A stretch of 64,000 nucleotides of DNA from Leptogorgia sarmentosa (GCA_964658305.1 OZ210885.1:1178001-1242000); one strand, 5' to 3'; shown: positions 1-13,570, counted from the stretch's first letter. The notes: generated from the sequence alone by a model not told the origin. Translations and numbers: made by a program.

Positions 1-633
1 TGCGATTTCACGTTTCACGGAAAAAGGATTCAAATGACAACACGTTTATTTTATTTATTGTTAGCACATTGATAACTAGAGCTTGCGAAATTTTACATTC
101 AAAGCATTTTTCTGCCTAATGCCAAATCAAAATAGACTGACAAACGAAGCCAGACAAAATCACAATTCATGACGAAGACAGCTTAATTCTTGTTTCACGG
201 ATCGTTTTTATCGACAATCACGACTCACGGCGGCAATTCAAATCACGTTTTACGACGCAAAATTTAGTCATTTCACATTTCACGACGGCAATTATGATTG
301 ATCAGCCATTCACGGATCACGAAAATACACTCCCATACATCATATCAGCTGGGTTATTTGACGGTTTAAGCCGCATGTTAAACTTCCTATTACAAGAATG
401 CAAGTGCACAGATAAAACTTAGTCATGAGATCCCGAAAAAAAAACTATAGTCAAATGATAACAGTTGCCAATATAGTCATGAATATGCAGGGTTTACCAA
501 CACGCAACTGGAACCACGCGCACCGAGTGTTTTCATAAAATACAAAAAATATATAAACTATATAACAAATAAATAGCAACTATGAAAATTATAATAACAT
601 TTTGAAAATTTACCATGGCATATGGCCTATTAA

Positions 634-750
634 GGCCCGTTTCATACGTCGAATTTTGGTCGCATCGAATGCAAACAATGGATAATGAGATGAACAATCT
701 ATTGTTTGAATTGTATTCGATGCGACCAAAACTCGACGTATGAAACGGGC
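634..750. mobile_element. Short hairpin MITE (Harbinger/Tourist-like)
   Basis: Nearly fully palindromic: ggcccgtttcatacgtcga...tcgacgtatgaaacgggc, flanked by TTAA/TAA. Confidence 0.7.
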
Positions 751-2355
751 TTAAATAGCTAACAGTCATCAAGCACTCAGGGTAGTGCGTTAATTGAGGG
801 TTTACATAGTAGTCATGTATTTATTTTCTGGCGAACGGATTAATGGATCAACAACTGATTTGATCCAACAATTTGTTGGGTAGAGCCCGAATAGATCGTG
901 TAGTCAGCAGTGCATGCATGCTGAACAGCTCGAGGAAATGAAATCGATTGTTGTCTGTTAAAAAGTACATAGTCATCTGTTTCGGAATATCTATTGTCTT
1001 GTAATTGATACAGGATTGACTAAAACAAACAATCACTAATATTTTAATCACCAACTTGGATTTGAGTAGCTTTTGGCACGCTTCCATTTTCACTGACAAA
1101 TCTATTTGAGTCTCGATCATTGAACTAACTAATTTGAACGATGCTACTCTATATATAGTGCTTTTGGGTTCAACCCATTTGGTTCTACTTTGTTGTGTTA
1201 TTTTGCAAATGTTTTGCTAAAACGATTCTTTGTAACATAATGTGTATGACCAGTTCATGTCAACAAGATTAATTCGACCTCATATCCCACGACATCGAGA
1301 GCGGAAAAATTATTCAATTTTACGCATGTCGCTTTGTAGAATCGAGTCATTTTTAGTAGCCCGGTAGGTTTTTAACGTAGAAATAAGTTCGAATGTTCCT
1401 ACATGATGCTATAACACCACAGAGACAGAACGCAAATGGACATGATCAAAGGCATTTCTAAGGGCAAGGAAATCTGTTGATGACTTCAATATGTCAATCA
1501 ATACATCATAAAACAACTTCCGCGCTCCTACAGCAGCAAACTTTGCGCTTATGTTTGATACTACCAGTGAAGTTTGGAAATACTGATAGAATTTGACAGG
1601 AGCTGCCGGGGCGAGAGAAATTTGGCATATAGTTTTCGAACACACGAGGCGAAAGGTATTCTCGGTCGTTTCCGCCAACAGGCTATAAACAATACAAGGC
1701 CTGTGTAACAGGAAAGGAGGAACCAAAGGTCAAGACCGTCAGTCCTTTTATGACCAGTTTTCATATCCCGGGCTCTCTGTTAGGAAGCGAATAACACCTT
1801 TTATATTAGGCACAAGATTTGACTTTTGCTTTTGTTAAAGAGAGAGATTATTTGATTCAGTCTATAAATAATGTATAATGATTCCAAGGTTCTCCCACTT
1901 TTTCTAGGCGTGACTCTATATTGTACAGTGAATAGCTAATGAAAGGCGTACCTTATCCTTCTACAACAATGAACAGCCTAGTACACCCTAGAGTTGAGCG
2001 TTTGAGTAATTGTACTGGCTGTGGCATATTAATTGCCAATGCTAACTGATTAATTGTAATTTTACACATCCATGTATGATGTATCATGTATTCTTATTGT
2101 TTCTGAAGTACAACGAAACGTTGCTATCAAATTGTATTATCATATTAAGTTTTACTCGGATATATATTCTGGCAGAAGTGAAATTCAGTGTGGGCTCGTC
2201 ACAGCAAAATGCAGCGAGGATAGGCAATTTGGCGAATAACCAGAATTATTTCGCTCCTCAGATTGTATTTCCTGATTATGGGAAGGTCAAGCCTTATGTG
2301 ACGCACTTCTGGGCGAAACGGAAATATGCGGTCACTTGAGAGCAACAGCAGTGAG

Positions 2356-2488
2356 TATAAAAGAGTAGGACAATTACTAGAGAAGTCAAGTCATTAAAGG
2401 CATCAGTCTACAAAATAAATTGCAATTGGTCACGACGAAAAAATACATTCAAGATAAGAACACCAAGAACGATCATTATCGAGAAAAG
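2356..2488 (+). promoter_or_regulatory. Putative TATA box and non-coding first exon of the astacin gene
   Basis: TATAAAAG at 2356; splice donor AAG|GTTTGT at 2488/2489. The ATG at 3274 directly follows an acceptor (tttttttcag), which implies an upstream 5'UTR exon. Confidence 0.5.
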
Positions 2489-3273
2489 GTTTGTGATTTT
2501 CCAGACAACGCTAGCTATATTGCATGAATACAATGTAGAGCAATGTAGTGTATAATAAGTTGCATATTATTGTTTACATATTATTTGAAATTCAAGCTAC
2601 GGAACTTTGAGCTACATAATTCGCAATAGTAAATTATTTGTGATTGCAACGCGGAGCTCTGAACTCGTCTGGTGAAACTGGCAAAAAGTGCAGAGAAATT
2701 TCAGCGTTTTTCAAAAATCGCCATGACTCACAGTATATGATATTACATGACAACATAATTATGTATTAAGAGGATAATTTTTCCCATGTCGCGTATTTTG
2801 GACGAAATGTGTTCAAAACCCGAAAGCTTTTTGGCGTCTCCACAAAACTAATTGCTATCTTCGAAACTATGTCTGGGTATTGAGAAACTGAAAGGAATAT
2901 AAAAGATTATGAGCATCAATGTTCGTATAACCAGCGCAACATGAATGAAGCCTTAATTTCAACAATAAATGCAAGATTTCAAACCTAATTTTCTCTTTGG
3001 CGTACCCTCCATTCTCCAAACTCTTTCTATTTTCGTTTTATATCATTAATTTTGAATCCATCAAGCTTTTTAAGTGAGTCTGCCGACTGAGAAACCTCGA
3101 AATTTTAGTTTATATTTCGATGAATTTGAGTTTTGAGCGCGAGATACGTGACATACAGAAAATCTTCGTCTTAAATCTATGAGGAAGGTATGCGTGTAGG
3201 TAAATGTGTAAAAAATACAATGCTATAAACTATTTTCTTTCAGTGAGTTCATGATATATTTGTATTTTTTCAG

Positions 3274-6200
3274 ATGAATCATTTCTTGCTGCTGCTGTTT
3301 TGTTTTGTGACAGTTCAATCAAAATCCACCGGGATTCCTGAACCTCCTTCTGTTCAGATTGGTCCATTTGATGGTCGCAATGCTACTGAAAAAGCCAAGG
3401 ACATAGAAAGTCCACTGGGAGACGACCAAGAACATGACACAAAAACTTTATTTCAAGGCGATATTCAAGATCCAGGACGAAGACCTGGGGGAAAGATAGG
3501 AGAAGCTGGGACACGAACACCTTGGCCAAACGGAATCATTCCTTACGTTTTTGACTGCAGTATTTGTATGTACCCATTATTAATTTTTCTAATTTTTCTG
3601 CAAGTCTTTCTACGTACTGCATGCCTTAATGATTAAAATCTAATACACTTACGCACTCTGTTTTTATAGTAAGTATCGCGAGTGCTGTTGAAGCGACAAA
3701 AGTGGCTATGCAGGAGTGGGAAAGCAGAACTTGTGTCCGATTCGTGAAAAAACAAAAACATCACAAAGTCTATCTTGAGTTTATCAGGGCTGCTGGGTAA
3801 GACAAGACATGTTTGGATTCCTGAATGTTGTTGAATTTTTTTAAACTTGTCATTTCCATTGCAGTTGTTGGGCAACTTATGTTGGTTACAAAGGAAAGAA
3901 AACTCAGATCTCCATTGGTAAAGGTTGCGATTATAAACACGTCATGGTACATGAACTTGGTCACGTGATTGGATTCTGGCATGAGCAAAGTCGACCAGAT
4001 CGTAACGACTATATTAGAATTAACTTCGACAATGTTATTCCGAGTAAGTTTATTTCAGTGGCACCTTCGATAATTCCGTGCACTTGAATGGTAAAAATTA
4101 CCAAGAAAAATCCTAACGATAATATCTTTTATTGTAGGCCTTAAATATAACTTTGAAAGAGTCAAGGAACAAACCAACAACTATGGAGAACCCTACGACT
4201 TCAATTCTATCATGCATTATCCATACAACGCGTTTGCAGTTAAACGAGGATTGAATACAATTTTTCCAAAACCGGGATATGGTGGTACACCTTACCGAAA
4301 ATTGAGTGATTCCGATGTAATACAAACAAACAGAATGTATCAATGCAACAGTAAGTGTAATAAATATGCAATATGAACTGGCGTTCACCCCCAAACAATT
4401 TCTAAACCCGTACGCCTATGATAAAACCAAAATAACTCCTTCCAATCATCTCAGATTAATTTTCTGTGTCTCAGAATATTCAGGATTCAGAGAAATTGCT
4501 CTAATAGACAAAGGCCAGTTTTGTGAAGCATGTCTAATACTTAACGCCACCATCGGGGACGTAGGAAGCATCTGAAGTTTGGGGGGGCACCGCCTTCTAG
4601 GGGCACTTTGCGGTTAAAAAAGGGAACATAAAAAATGTTTCCCGGAATTCCGGAAATGTTGGCGAGGGGGGGGAGGGTGTGGTGGGGAAAATTGTAGCCA
4701 AAATATTTTTCCGCAAGTTGACCATTTTTGGGCCCAAAAATTTTTTTCGGTCATTACCTGAATTCTTCGAAACAACCCGAAATCGATGTATTTGACAAAT
4801 TTTCTTTAAAAAATTTTAGTTTCCCAAACAAAAAGGGAACCTATTGTGTTAATTTAGTATTTGCAGCGACATTACCTTGTACAAAAAAGGGCACTTTTAG
4901 TCACTTGAAAAAAGTTGGGGGGGCACGTGCCCCCTTTGCCCCCCCCCCCTTCCTACGCCACTGGCCACCATTGTGTAGTCGTAAACTCGCTTAATGTACA
5001 TAATATGTTTACTCAGAGCTATAGCATCTTGATTGTTTCGTTTTTAGATATCACGGCCGCGCGAGCCGTAGCTATGAAATCAATTGGCGAAACAAAACTT
5101 TTGGGCTTCGCTTCTACTGGTGAGAATAAGGTTCATGCTAAATGAACAACTATCTGTTAACAGTGTTTACTAGTTGACAAGTTATGTAACAAATTTTCAT
5201 TTAATTTTAAAAGGTAAATGTCACGACCGGCATGACCATTGCATGAGTTGGGCTACACATGGTTTCTGTACAATGAGTCCAGACCCAATGCTAACAACTT
5301 GTCCTGACAGTTGTGGGATTTGCAACGAAGTTTGCAAAGATAACTTTCCTGATTGCCCTGGATGGGCAAAGTACGGATTTTGTCGTCGTACTGCAAAGAA
5401 CACTGAAGGTGTGATCAAATTCATGTGGAACAACTGTAAAAAGGCATGTGGCGTGTGCACCACAGGTAGCTATTGTTTTTCAAGAGTTCTTAATAAAATA
5501 TCTTAGAAAACGCAAACCTGTATATCAATTTAAAACTTGATCATCATGACTGTTTGAAATGAAAGAAATTGTCGCTTCCTTTACGTTTTGTTTTGTCCTT
5601 GTGTTGTGCAATGTTGAAAGACTGTTAATATTCTCTGCACTATATGAAAGAAAATTGTATAAACCAATAATGCTTTTGTTTCTTTAGCACGAGCGACAAA
5701 GGCCCCCATCGAAACTACCACTACTTCACCACCAACAACAACTTTACCACCAACAACAACATTGCCACCTACCACTACATCAGCATCTACAACCTTCACA
5801 ACAACAATTATGACAACCATACACCAAACAGAAGAACCAACAGAACCAGCCGTCATCACCAAAGGAGGAATTAGCACACCGAAGGGGAAGTATACAGGTA
5901 ATAAACTTTTCTTACACTGTTGTAATAATTATTTAACATCGCTGATATAACTATAAGCACGAGTGGTATCAAAAGTCTACAATGAAGTAAGCTTAGATTC
6001 TTTGGTGTATGGTTGTTATTTGTATGCATCTTATTACATTTTCTTTATCGTCAAGGTGTTCTATGCAAAGATCGCAGCCGACATTGTAAATCCTGGGCAG
6101 AGGATACAAGATGTGACACAGATCGTTGGGTGCATGATAACTGTCTGTTGAGTTGCAACAGAAACAAAATCTGTGATAAAGAAATTATCAAACCTGTTGG

Positions 6201-7050
6201 TAAGTTCATCAACATAACTTTGCAAAATCTCTCTTCAAAAATGTTGCAAAATATCATGATTATCAACGTGAAAGTGATTTGGGTTTTCACTTCAATTCTT
6301 CATCCGTGCTATTGCAGGTCAATGCACTGATCCACTTGGAGTTCACGATAACACAATCGTCCGTGACAGCCAAATGTATGCCACATCAATATTTATACCA
6401 GGTACTGTATGTAACATTGTTTGATATGTATCCTTTTCAAAACATGATTTTTTAAATTAGTATATAAGAATTTTAAATGATTTTTTTATTAAAGGTGGTG
6501 GATGGCAGGCTCGCGCTTCTTCTGGTCGTCTTTATAAAGAAGATGACCATTCGAAAAGACACGTTGGAGCGTGGTGTGCAGACCCGAGAAGCACCAGAGA
6601 AAAATATCTACAGATTGATCTTGGTAGCAGGAAACGCATTACAGCTTTGGCTACACAAGGACGAGATGTTTATTTCGAACATGTAAAATCATACGGTTTG
6701 GGATTCAGTAATGACCGTTATTCATCATTTTCCGACTATCGCGAAGGAGGAGTTAAAAAAGTAAGTGAACATTTTAAGGGAATAATATCACGTGGTATCA
6801 TGTAAGATTTGGATATAAGCTGGCAGCAGCAAATAAATTCCTGAAACGTAAAATGTACTAAAGTTCCCGTAAACGAGTAACGAGATATGAAATCTATCTT
6901 TCACAGATATTTGATGGAAATTGTGATCATGTGACCCCAGTGTTGAATCTCTTAGAAGAACCTCAAATTGCTCGTTACATACGCATTTATCCCATCAAAT
7001 ACTTCGCTGCAGCATGTCTTCGTGTTGAAGTTTATGGCTGCAATGCTTAA
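3274..7050 (+). CDS. Secreted astacin-family (M12A) zinc metalloprotease: signal peptide, pro-segment, astacin domain, 2x ShK, Thr/Pro-rich linker, ShK, F5/8 type C (discoidin) domain; about 660 aa, 11 coding exons
   Basis: Exons 3274-3565, 3670-3796, 3865-4043, 4138-4350, 5048-5119, 5214-5465, 5688-5897, 6056-6199, 6318-6401, 6495-6760, 6907-7050; all GT-AG, phases consistent, 1983 nt in total. Motifs: signal MNHFLLLLFCFVTVQS, pro-motif FQGDI, zinc motif HELGHVIGFWHEQSRPDR, Met-turn SIMHY, six-Cys ShK repeats (e.g. CKDNFPDCPGWAKYGFC...CKKACGVC), discoidin motifs GAWC...YLQIDLG...ARYIRIYP...CLRVEVYGC. Confidence 0.93.
4554..4963. mobile_element. hAT-type MITE in an astacin intron
   Basis: Imperfect TIRs cggggacgtaggaag / cttcctacgccactg; perfect 8-bp TSD gccaccat at 4546-4553 and 4964-4971. 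Confidence 0.85.
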
Positions 7051-7450
7051 AGTTCACAAGCTCCGAAGGTGTTCATTGTGTCCATGAATGTATGATGTTA
7101 GAATGTTATAATATACAGGTCTGGAAATTTGCGAAAAAGTTAATAAATTGATAATGGCATAATTCATAAAATAATATTTGTAGATAGCTAATTGAAATAA
7201 ATTCTTAGGTTGTTACTGAACAAGCCATTCAATATAGCTCGTTTAATGAATATTGAAAATAATTGTAAATTAATGTATATTTGAGATATTTATGGTAAAT
7301 TCAAATAAATGTTATGATTTAAAATGAATTAAAATTGACTTTATTTATTTGACCAGTTGATCTCACTTATACGATTTGAAATTTGAAATTTGCGGTTAGC
7401 CACAAGCCGTAAGCGTCAATCTTGAGGAGCCTTTTAACTTGATTAATATT

Positions 7451-7782
7451 TACACAGCCAAAAACGCCCAAGCTGCAGCAAGTCTGCTACCACCAAGCAG
7501 ATATTAGGATGCGTTCGCATCGCTTGCTCCGGCTTGAAGATAACAAGTCTGGTACAAGTTGTTACCAGATTTGCAGCAAGTTGCCAAATGCTTGCAAGCT
7601 TGATAAAAGCTGTTTTACCAACTTGCACCAAGTCTGCCAATATCAAGTTGCGGCAAGTCCGATGTTCACAGACTCGATGCAATTTGATAAAGTCAACAGG
7701 GTTGATACAACTTGTTGGCAACTTGCATCAGGCCAGTAATACACACAATTTGCATCAAGTCTGTGCCGTTTTTGGCTGTGTA
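7451..7782. mobile_element. TA-flanked MITE
   Basis: TIRs tacacagccaaaaacg / cgtttttggctgtgta and internal caag-rich subrepeats; a degenerate inverted relative lies at ~43610-43840 (gcgaacgcatcctaatat). Confidence 0.75.
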
Positions 7783-10700
7783 TTTATTTGTTAAACTTTG
7801 CCAAAAACACTTAACAGAACAACAAATAGACATCTACACAATAAACATGGACAAAAATGGCAGGGACACCACAACAGTGTAAACCAATTACTGTGGGCCC
7901 TATACAATAAAGCACATACAGTACAGAATATATGACATACAATACATGGACAGGAGACTAAAAACAACAAGTTAGTTCAGAACGTAGGTAACGACTAGTG
8001 TTACACTTCAGACATATAGTCTTCCATGTCCTCGGATCTTCTTCATCGAAGCATTCTCTCAGGGCTGTCAGGTAGTAAGTTTGTAAATCGGTTTTGAATT
8101 GCCTAATATTAATGTCAGGAGATCTTAGTGTAGTTGGTAAAGAGTTCCAAGTTCTGGATGCACGGATGAAGAAGGAGCGTTGGTAGGTAGAGGTTTTGGA
8201 GATCTTAGTGTAGCTGGTAAAGAGTTCCAAGTTCTGGATGCACGGATGAAGAAGGAGCGTTGGTAGGTAGAGGTTTTGGAGATCTTAGTGTAGTTGGTAA
8301 AGAGTTCCAAGTTCTGGATGCACGGATGAAGAAGGAGCGTTGGTAGATAGAGGTTTTGGAGATCTTAGTGTAGTTGGTAAAGAGTTCCAAGTTCTGGATG
8401 CACGGATGAAGAAGGAGCGTTGGTAGGTAGAGGTTTTGGAGATCTTAGTGTAGTTGGTAAAGAGTTCCAAGTTCTGGATGCACGGATGAAGAAGGAGCGT
8501 TGGTAGGTAGAGGTTTTGGAGATCTTAGTGTAGCTGGTAAAGAGTTCCAAGTTCTGGATGCACGGATGAAGAAGGAGCGTTGGTAGGTAGAGGTTTTGGA
8601 GATCTTAGTGTAGTTGGTAAAGTGTTCCAAGTTCTGGATGCACGGATGAAGAAGGAGCGTTGGTAGGTAGAGGTTTTGGAGATCTTAGTGTAGCTGGTAA
8701 AGAGTTCCAAGTTCTGGATGCACGGATGAAGAAGGAGCGTTGGTAGGTAGAGGTTTTGGAGATCTTAGTGTAGTTGGTAAAGAGTTCCAAGTTCTGGATG
8801 CACGGATGAAGAAGGAGCGTTGGTAGGTAGAGGTTTTGGAGATCTTAGTGTAGTTGGTAAAGAGTTCCAAGTTCTGGATGCACGGATGAAGAAGGAGCGT
8901 TGGTAGGTAGAGGTTTTGGAGATCTTAGTGTAGTTGGTAAAGAGTTCCAAGTTCTGGATGCACGGATGAAGAAGGAGCGTTGGTAGGTAGAGGTTTTGGA
9001 GATCTTAGTGTAGTTGGAAAAGAGTTCCAAGTTCTGGATGCACGGATGAAGAAGGAGCGTTGGTAGGTAGAGGTTTTGGAGATCTTAGTGTAGTTGGTAA
9101 AGAGTTCCAAGTTCTGGATGCACGGATGAAGAAGGAGCGTTGGTAGGTAGAGGTTTTGGAGATCTTAGTGTAGCTGGTAAAGAGTTCCAAGTTCTGGATG
9201 CACGGATGAAGAAGGAGCGTTGGTAGGTAGAGGTTTTGGAGATCTTAGTGTAGTTGGTAAAGAGTTCCAAGTTCTGGATGCACGGATGAAGAAGGAGCGT
9301 TGGTAGGTAGAGGTTTTGGAGATCTTAGTGTAGTTGGTAAAGAGTTCCAAGTTCTGGATGCACGGATGAAGAAGGAGCGTTGGTAGGTAGAGGTTTTGGA
9401 GATCTTAGTGTAGCTGGTAAAGAGTTCCAAGTTCTGGATGCACGGATGAAGGAGGAGCGTTGGTAGATAGAGGTTTTGGAGATCTTAGTGTAGTTGGTAA
9501 AGAGTTCCAAGTTCTGGATGCACGGATGAAGAAGGAGCGTTGGTAGGTAGAGGTTTTGGAGATCTTAGTGTAGTTGGTAAAGAGTTCCAAGTTCTGGATG
9601 CACGGATGAAGGAGGAGCGTTGGTAGATAGAGGTTTTGGAGATCTTAGTGTAGTTGGTAAAGAGTTCCAAGTTCTGGATGCACGGATGAAGAAGGAGCGT
9701 TGGTAGGTAGAGGTTTCGGAGATCTTAGTGTAGTTGGTAAAGAGTTCCAAGTTCTGGATGCACGGATGAAGAAGGAGCGTTGGTAGGTAGAGGTTTTGGA
9801 GATCTTAGTGTAGTTGGTAAAGAGTTCCAAGTTCTGGATGCACGGATGAAGAAGGAGCGTTGGTAGGTAGAGGTTTTGGAGATCTTAGTGTAGTTGGTAA
9901 AGAGTTCCAAGTTCTGGATGCACGGATGAAGAAGGAGCGTTGGTAGGTAGAGGTTTTGGAGATCTTAGTGTAGTTGGTAAAAAGTTCCAAGTTCTGAATG
10001 CACGGATGAAGAAGGAGCGTTGGTAGGTAGAGGTTTTGGAGATCTTAGTGTAGTTGGTAAAGAGTTCCAAGTTCTGGATGCACGGATGAAGAAGGAGCGT
10101 TGGTAGGTAGAGGTTTTGGAGATCTTAGTGTAGTTGGTAAAAAGTTCCAAGTTCTGAATGCACGGATGAAGAAGGAGCGTTGGTAGGTAGAGGTTTTGGA
10201 GATCTTAGTGTAGTTGGTAAAGAGTTCCAAGTTCTGGATGCACGGATGAAGAAGGAGCGTTGGTAGGTAGAGGTTTTGGAGATCTTAGTGTAGTTGGTAA
10301 AGAGTTCCAAGTTCTGGATGCACGGATGAAGAAGGAGCGTTGGTAGGTAGAGGTTTTGGAGATCTTGTGTAGTTGGTAAAGAGTTCCAAGTTCTGGATGC
10401 ACGGATGAAGAAGGAGCGTTGGTAGGTAGAGGTTTTGGAGATCTTAGTGTAGTTGGTAAAGAGTTCCAAGTTCTGGATGCACGGATGAAGAAGGAGCGTT
10501 GGTAGGTAGAGGTTTTGGAGATCTTAGTGTAGTTGGTAAAGAGTTCCAAGTTCTGGATGCACGGATGAAGAAGGAGCGTTGGTTGGTAGAGGTTTTGGAG
10601 ATCTTAGTGTAGTTGGTAAAGAGTTCCAAGTTCTGGATGCACGGATGAAGAAGGAGCGTTGGTAGGTAGAGGTTTTGGAGATCTTAGTGTAGTTGGTAAA

Positions 10701-11780
10701 GAGTTCCAAGTTCTGGATGCACGGATGAAGAAGGAGCGTTGGTAGGTAGAGGTTTTGGAGATCTTAGTGTAGTTGGTAAAGAGTTCCAAGTTCTGGATGC
10801 ACGGATGAAGAAGGAGCGTTGGTAGGTAGAGATTTTGGATATCTTAGTGTAGTTGGTAAAGAGTTCCAAGTTCTGGATGCTCGGATGAAGAAGGAGCGTT
10901 GGTAGGTAGAGGTTTTGGAGATTTAGTGTAGTTGGTAAAGAGTTCCAAGTTCTGGATGCACGGATGAAGAAGGAGCGTTGGTAGGTAGAGGTTTTGGAGA
11001 TCTTAGTGTAGCTGGTAAAGAGTTCCAAGTTCTGGATGCACGGATAAAGAAGGAGCGTTGGTAGGTAGAGGTTTTGGAGATCTTAGTGTAGTTGGTAAAG
11101 AGTTCCAAGTTCTGGATGCACGGATGAAGGAGGAACGTTGGTAGGTAGAGGTTTTGGAGATCTTAGTGTAGTTGGTAAAGAGTTCCAAGTTCTGGATGCT
11201 CGGATGAAGAAGGAGCGTTGGTAGGTCGAGGTTTTGGAGATCTTAGTGTAGTTGGTAAAGAGTTCCAAGTTCTGGATGCTCGGATGAAGAAGGAGCGTTG
11301 GTAGGTAGAGGTTTTGGAGATCTTAGTGTAGTTGGTAAAGAGTTCCAAGTTCTGGATGCACGGATGAAGAAGGAGCGTTCGTAGGTAGAGGTTTTGGAGA
11401 TCTTAGTGTAGCTGGTAAAGAGTTCCAAGTTCTGGATGCACGGATGAAGAAGGAGCGTTGGTAGGTAGAGATTTTGGAGATCTTAGTGTAGTTGGTAAAG
11501 AGTTCCAAGTTCTGGATGCACGGATGAAGAAGGAGCGTTGGTAGGTAGAGGTTTCGGAGATCTTAGTGTAGCTGGTAAAGAGTTCCAAGTTCTGGATGCA
11601 CGGATAAAGAAGGAGCGTTGGTAGGTAGAGGTTTTACATTTGGCCGGACGGAAGGAGATTTGGTTGCGACTGGAGGATCTGGTCGTTCTGGTTTGGGACA
11701 TGACTTCGGGAAGGACGTCGTGGGACACATCGACCAAGCCGTTCACCGCTTTGAAAAAGAACACGAGGTCCAAATGTGTG
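7783..11780 (-). mobile_element. 5'-truncated non-LTR retrotransposon (CR1/L2-like LINE) 3' end, interrupted by an internal 80-bp tandem amplification
   Basis: Collapsing the array to one unit gives the continuous minus-strand frame LDLVFFFKAVNGLVDV...RTTRSS...RPAKCKTSTYQRSFFIRASRTWNSLPTTLRSPDINIRQFKTDLQTYY...DPRTWKTICLKC...CCF*, typical of a LINE ORF2 C-terminus (SFF.R....WN.LP). A short 3'UTR follows and ends in AAATAAATA. Confidence 0.8.
8118..11635. repeat. Tandem array of 44 x 80-bp near-identical units
   Basis: Unit ggagatcttagtgtagttggtaaagagttccaagttctggatgcacggatgaagaaggagcgttggtaggtagaggtttt; 3518 bp = 44 x 80 minus two 1-bp deletions (~10367, ~10923); no spacers. Confidence 0.97.
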
Positions 11781-13570
11781 ACCAGGGGTAGCTATATAGG
11801 GTACCGAATATATAATATATAACATTATTAAATAGCAACACACAATTTATCGATGAATGGATAGATTTGATCATATATAGGTGACCTAATAGGTGTGAAT
11901 GCACGTTTGCGGTTAGGTATAAAATTGTTGTGCGAATTTGTTTACAATAACAATGTCCTTGGGATTATTGGCAATGACCTTTAACGACTTGTTGAAATAC
12001 GAAAGCGGAAATATATATACGTTCAGAATGACCTTGAGCTTAGAAACTTGGAAAGTGGATCCAAGGTTTTCCTGATACAAGGTCAACATTATATGTATAA
12101 TTTATTTGAGAAAAATTTGGCAAAATCACAAAATAGACAAAGATCTTGGATTAATTTTACTACGCGTCTCTCTTCCACTCCAAATCACAAGAGAAAACTT
12201 GCACCAAGCAATCAACTATAAACGAATACAGGGCCCGAATGGGGTAAAATGGGAACTGGGACTTGCGTCCTTTTGGCAGGGAAAATGGGATTTCATGCAC
12301 TGAGATTGGAATTCATCAGCAAGAAAACAACAGAAAATGGGATTAAGACTTGAGCAGGACAATTGCAACCACTGGGACGATGGGATTTGTGCTGTTGGAC
12401 ACTGAGATTTAATCAAAATTTGGGCTGGGAAATGGGAATAGGAACTTCCGTTGAGGAGCCTCTCTAACGTTTTACGATGTCATCATTCTCATATGCTCAT
12501 CACGAGATCATGATGTTTTGATAACAGTTACAGTGGGGATATATTTCTTACAAGAGAGTACGTGTAAACGTTGTCTGAGTAATCCTGGTTTGCCCCAAAC
12601 ACCGTTGGCAGTCGCATTATTACCATTTATACGAGACAAATTAATTAAAGAGTCGCGACTTAAATAACACCGGAAATTGACCATTCATACGAGCCTGTCC
12701 AGCCCACTTCCAGCCAGTTTTTTTTGGGACGCCTTTTATCTTGGCCACACGTCACTTGTGTGTCTGAGCTATATAGGAGACTGGATGGATTAAATAATTT
12801 GTATATAAACTGTATTTCACAAGGAATACCATAATTATACCAACCTCTTTTGGGCTGAAAATACTGTAGTACACAATTTTCACCAAAGTTGGTTTGTGAA
12901 ATGTCTTCATCAGAAGGTTTTCATTTCAATTTATTTCCAAAATGGTTAAGTTCTGTATGTATTGGTGTGACTAGTGGTGTTGCAGTGTATTTTATTTTGA
13001 GTAGAACACACTGTAAATGCCATCGACTCAACAACTGTGATGATAAAGTGGTTTTGGTATGTAAAGATAGAACTACAGTATATTGCTAACTTTGCCAAAA
13101 ATGTACAATGTTCGATCAGAGACTGAAACAAATGTCCCACAAATTGTTTTACTAGGGGGGTAGGTTGCTGGGTTTGAAGGGGGTCTAGGAGGTCAGTTCA
13201 AAGTCTGCCTCAATAATGTGAATCTAGCATTGCTGTGAAATGACATTTGAATCATATTATTGCAGTAAATCTGTGCTCATTTGTCATTTTACCCGCAGTA
13301 GAATCACCTACATGGGACTTTTGTGAACCACCCCCTGGTTGTCTAAATATCAGATGGTGCTGTTCATTGACTATAAAGATAAAATTGCAGATGTGGACCT
13401 AGATTGAAATTGTCATTCTGGAAGTTGAAGGGTATACCTGTTCAAAACCAAAAGCATTCTTCCAGTCACTCAGGCTAGTCAATAGGGTTGGAGCTAAGAT
13501 TGGTTTCTGGGTCAGGATTTAAAATAAATTTTTGAGAATGTAGAAAAATTCAGCCCATTTTTCGTCTCAG

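Noticed and set aside
848..1120. Possible terminal exon of a minus-strand gene (acceptor near 955)
   Set aside because: No recognisable translation in any frame and no linked exons.
1409..1790. Minus-strand ORFs faintly resembling a degenerate reverse transcriptase (…DFLALRNAFDHVH)
   Set aside because: Similarity is too weak to call without a search.
8118..11635. CRISPR array, or a family of 61-aa genes suggested by the ORF track
   Set aside because: Units are contiguous with no unique spacers, there are no cas genes and the context is eukaryotic; the ORFs are artefacts of the 80-bp periodicity.
12889..13089. ATG TCT TCA TCA GAA at 12901 as the first coding exon of APIP
   Set aside because: The nearest donors give phase 1 or 2, but the exon at 13571 needs phase 0.
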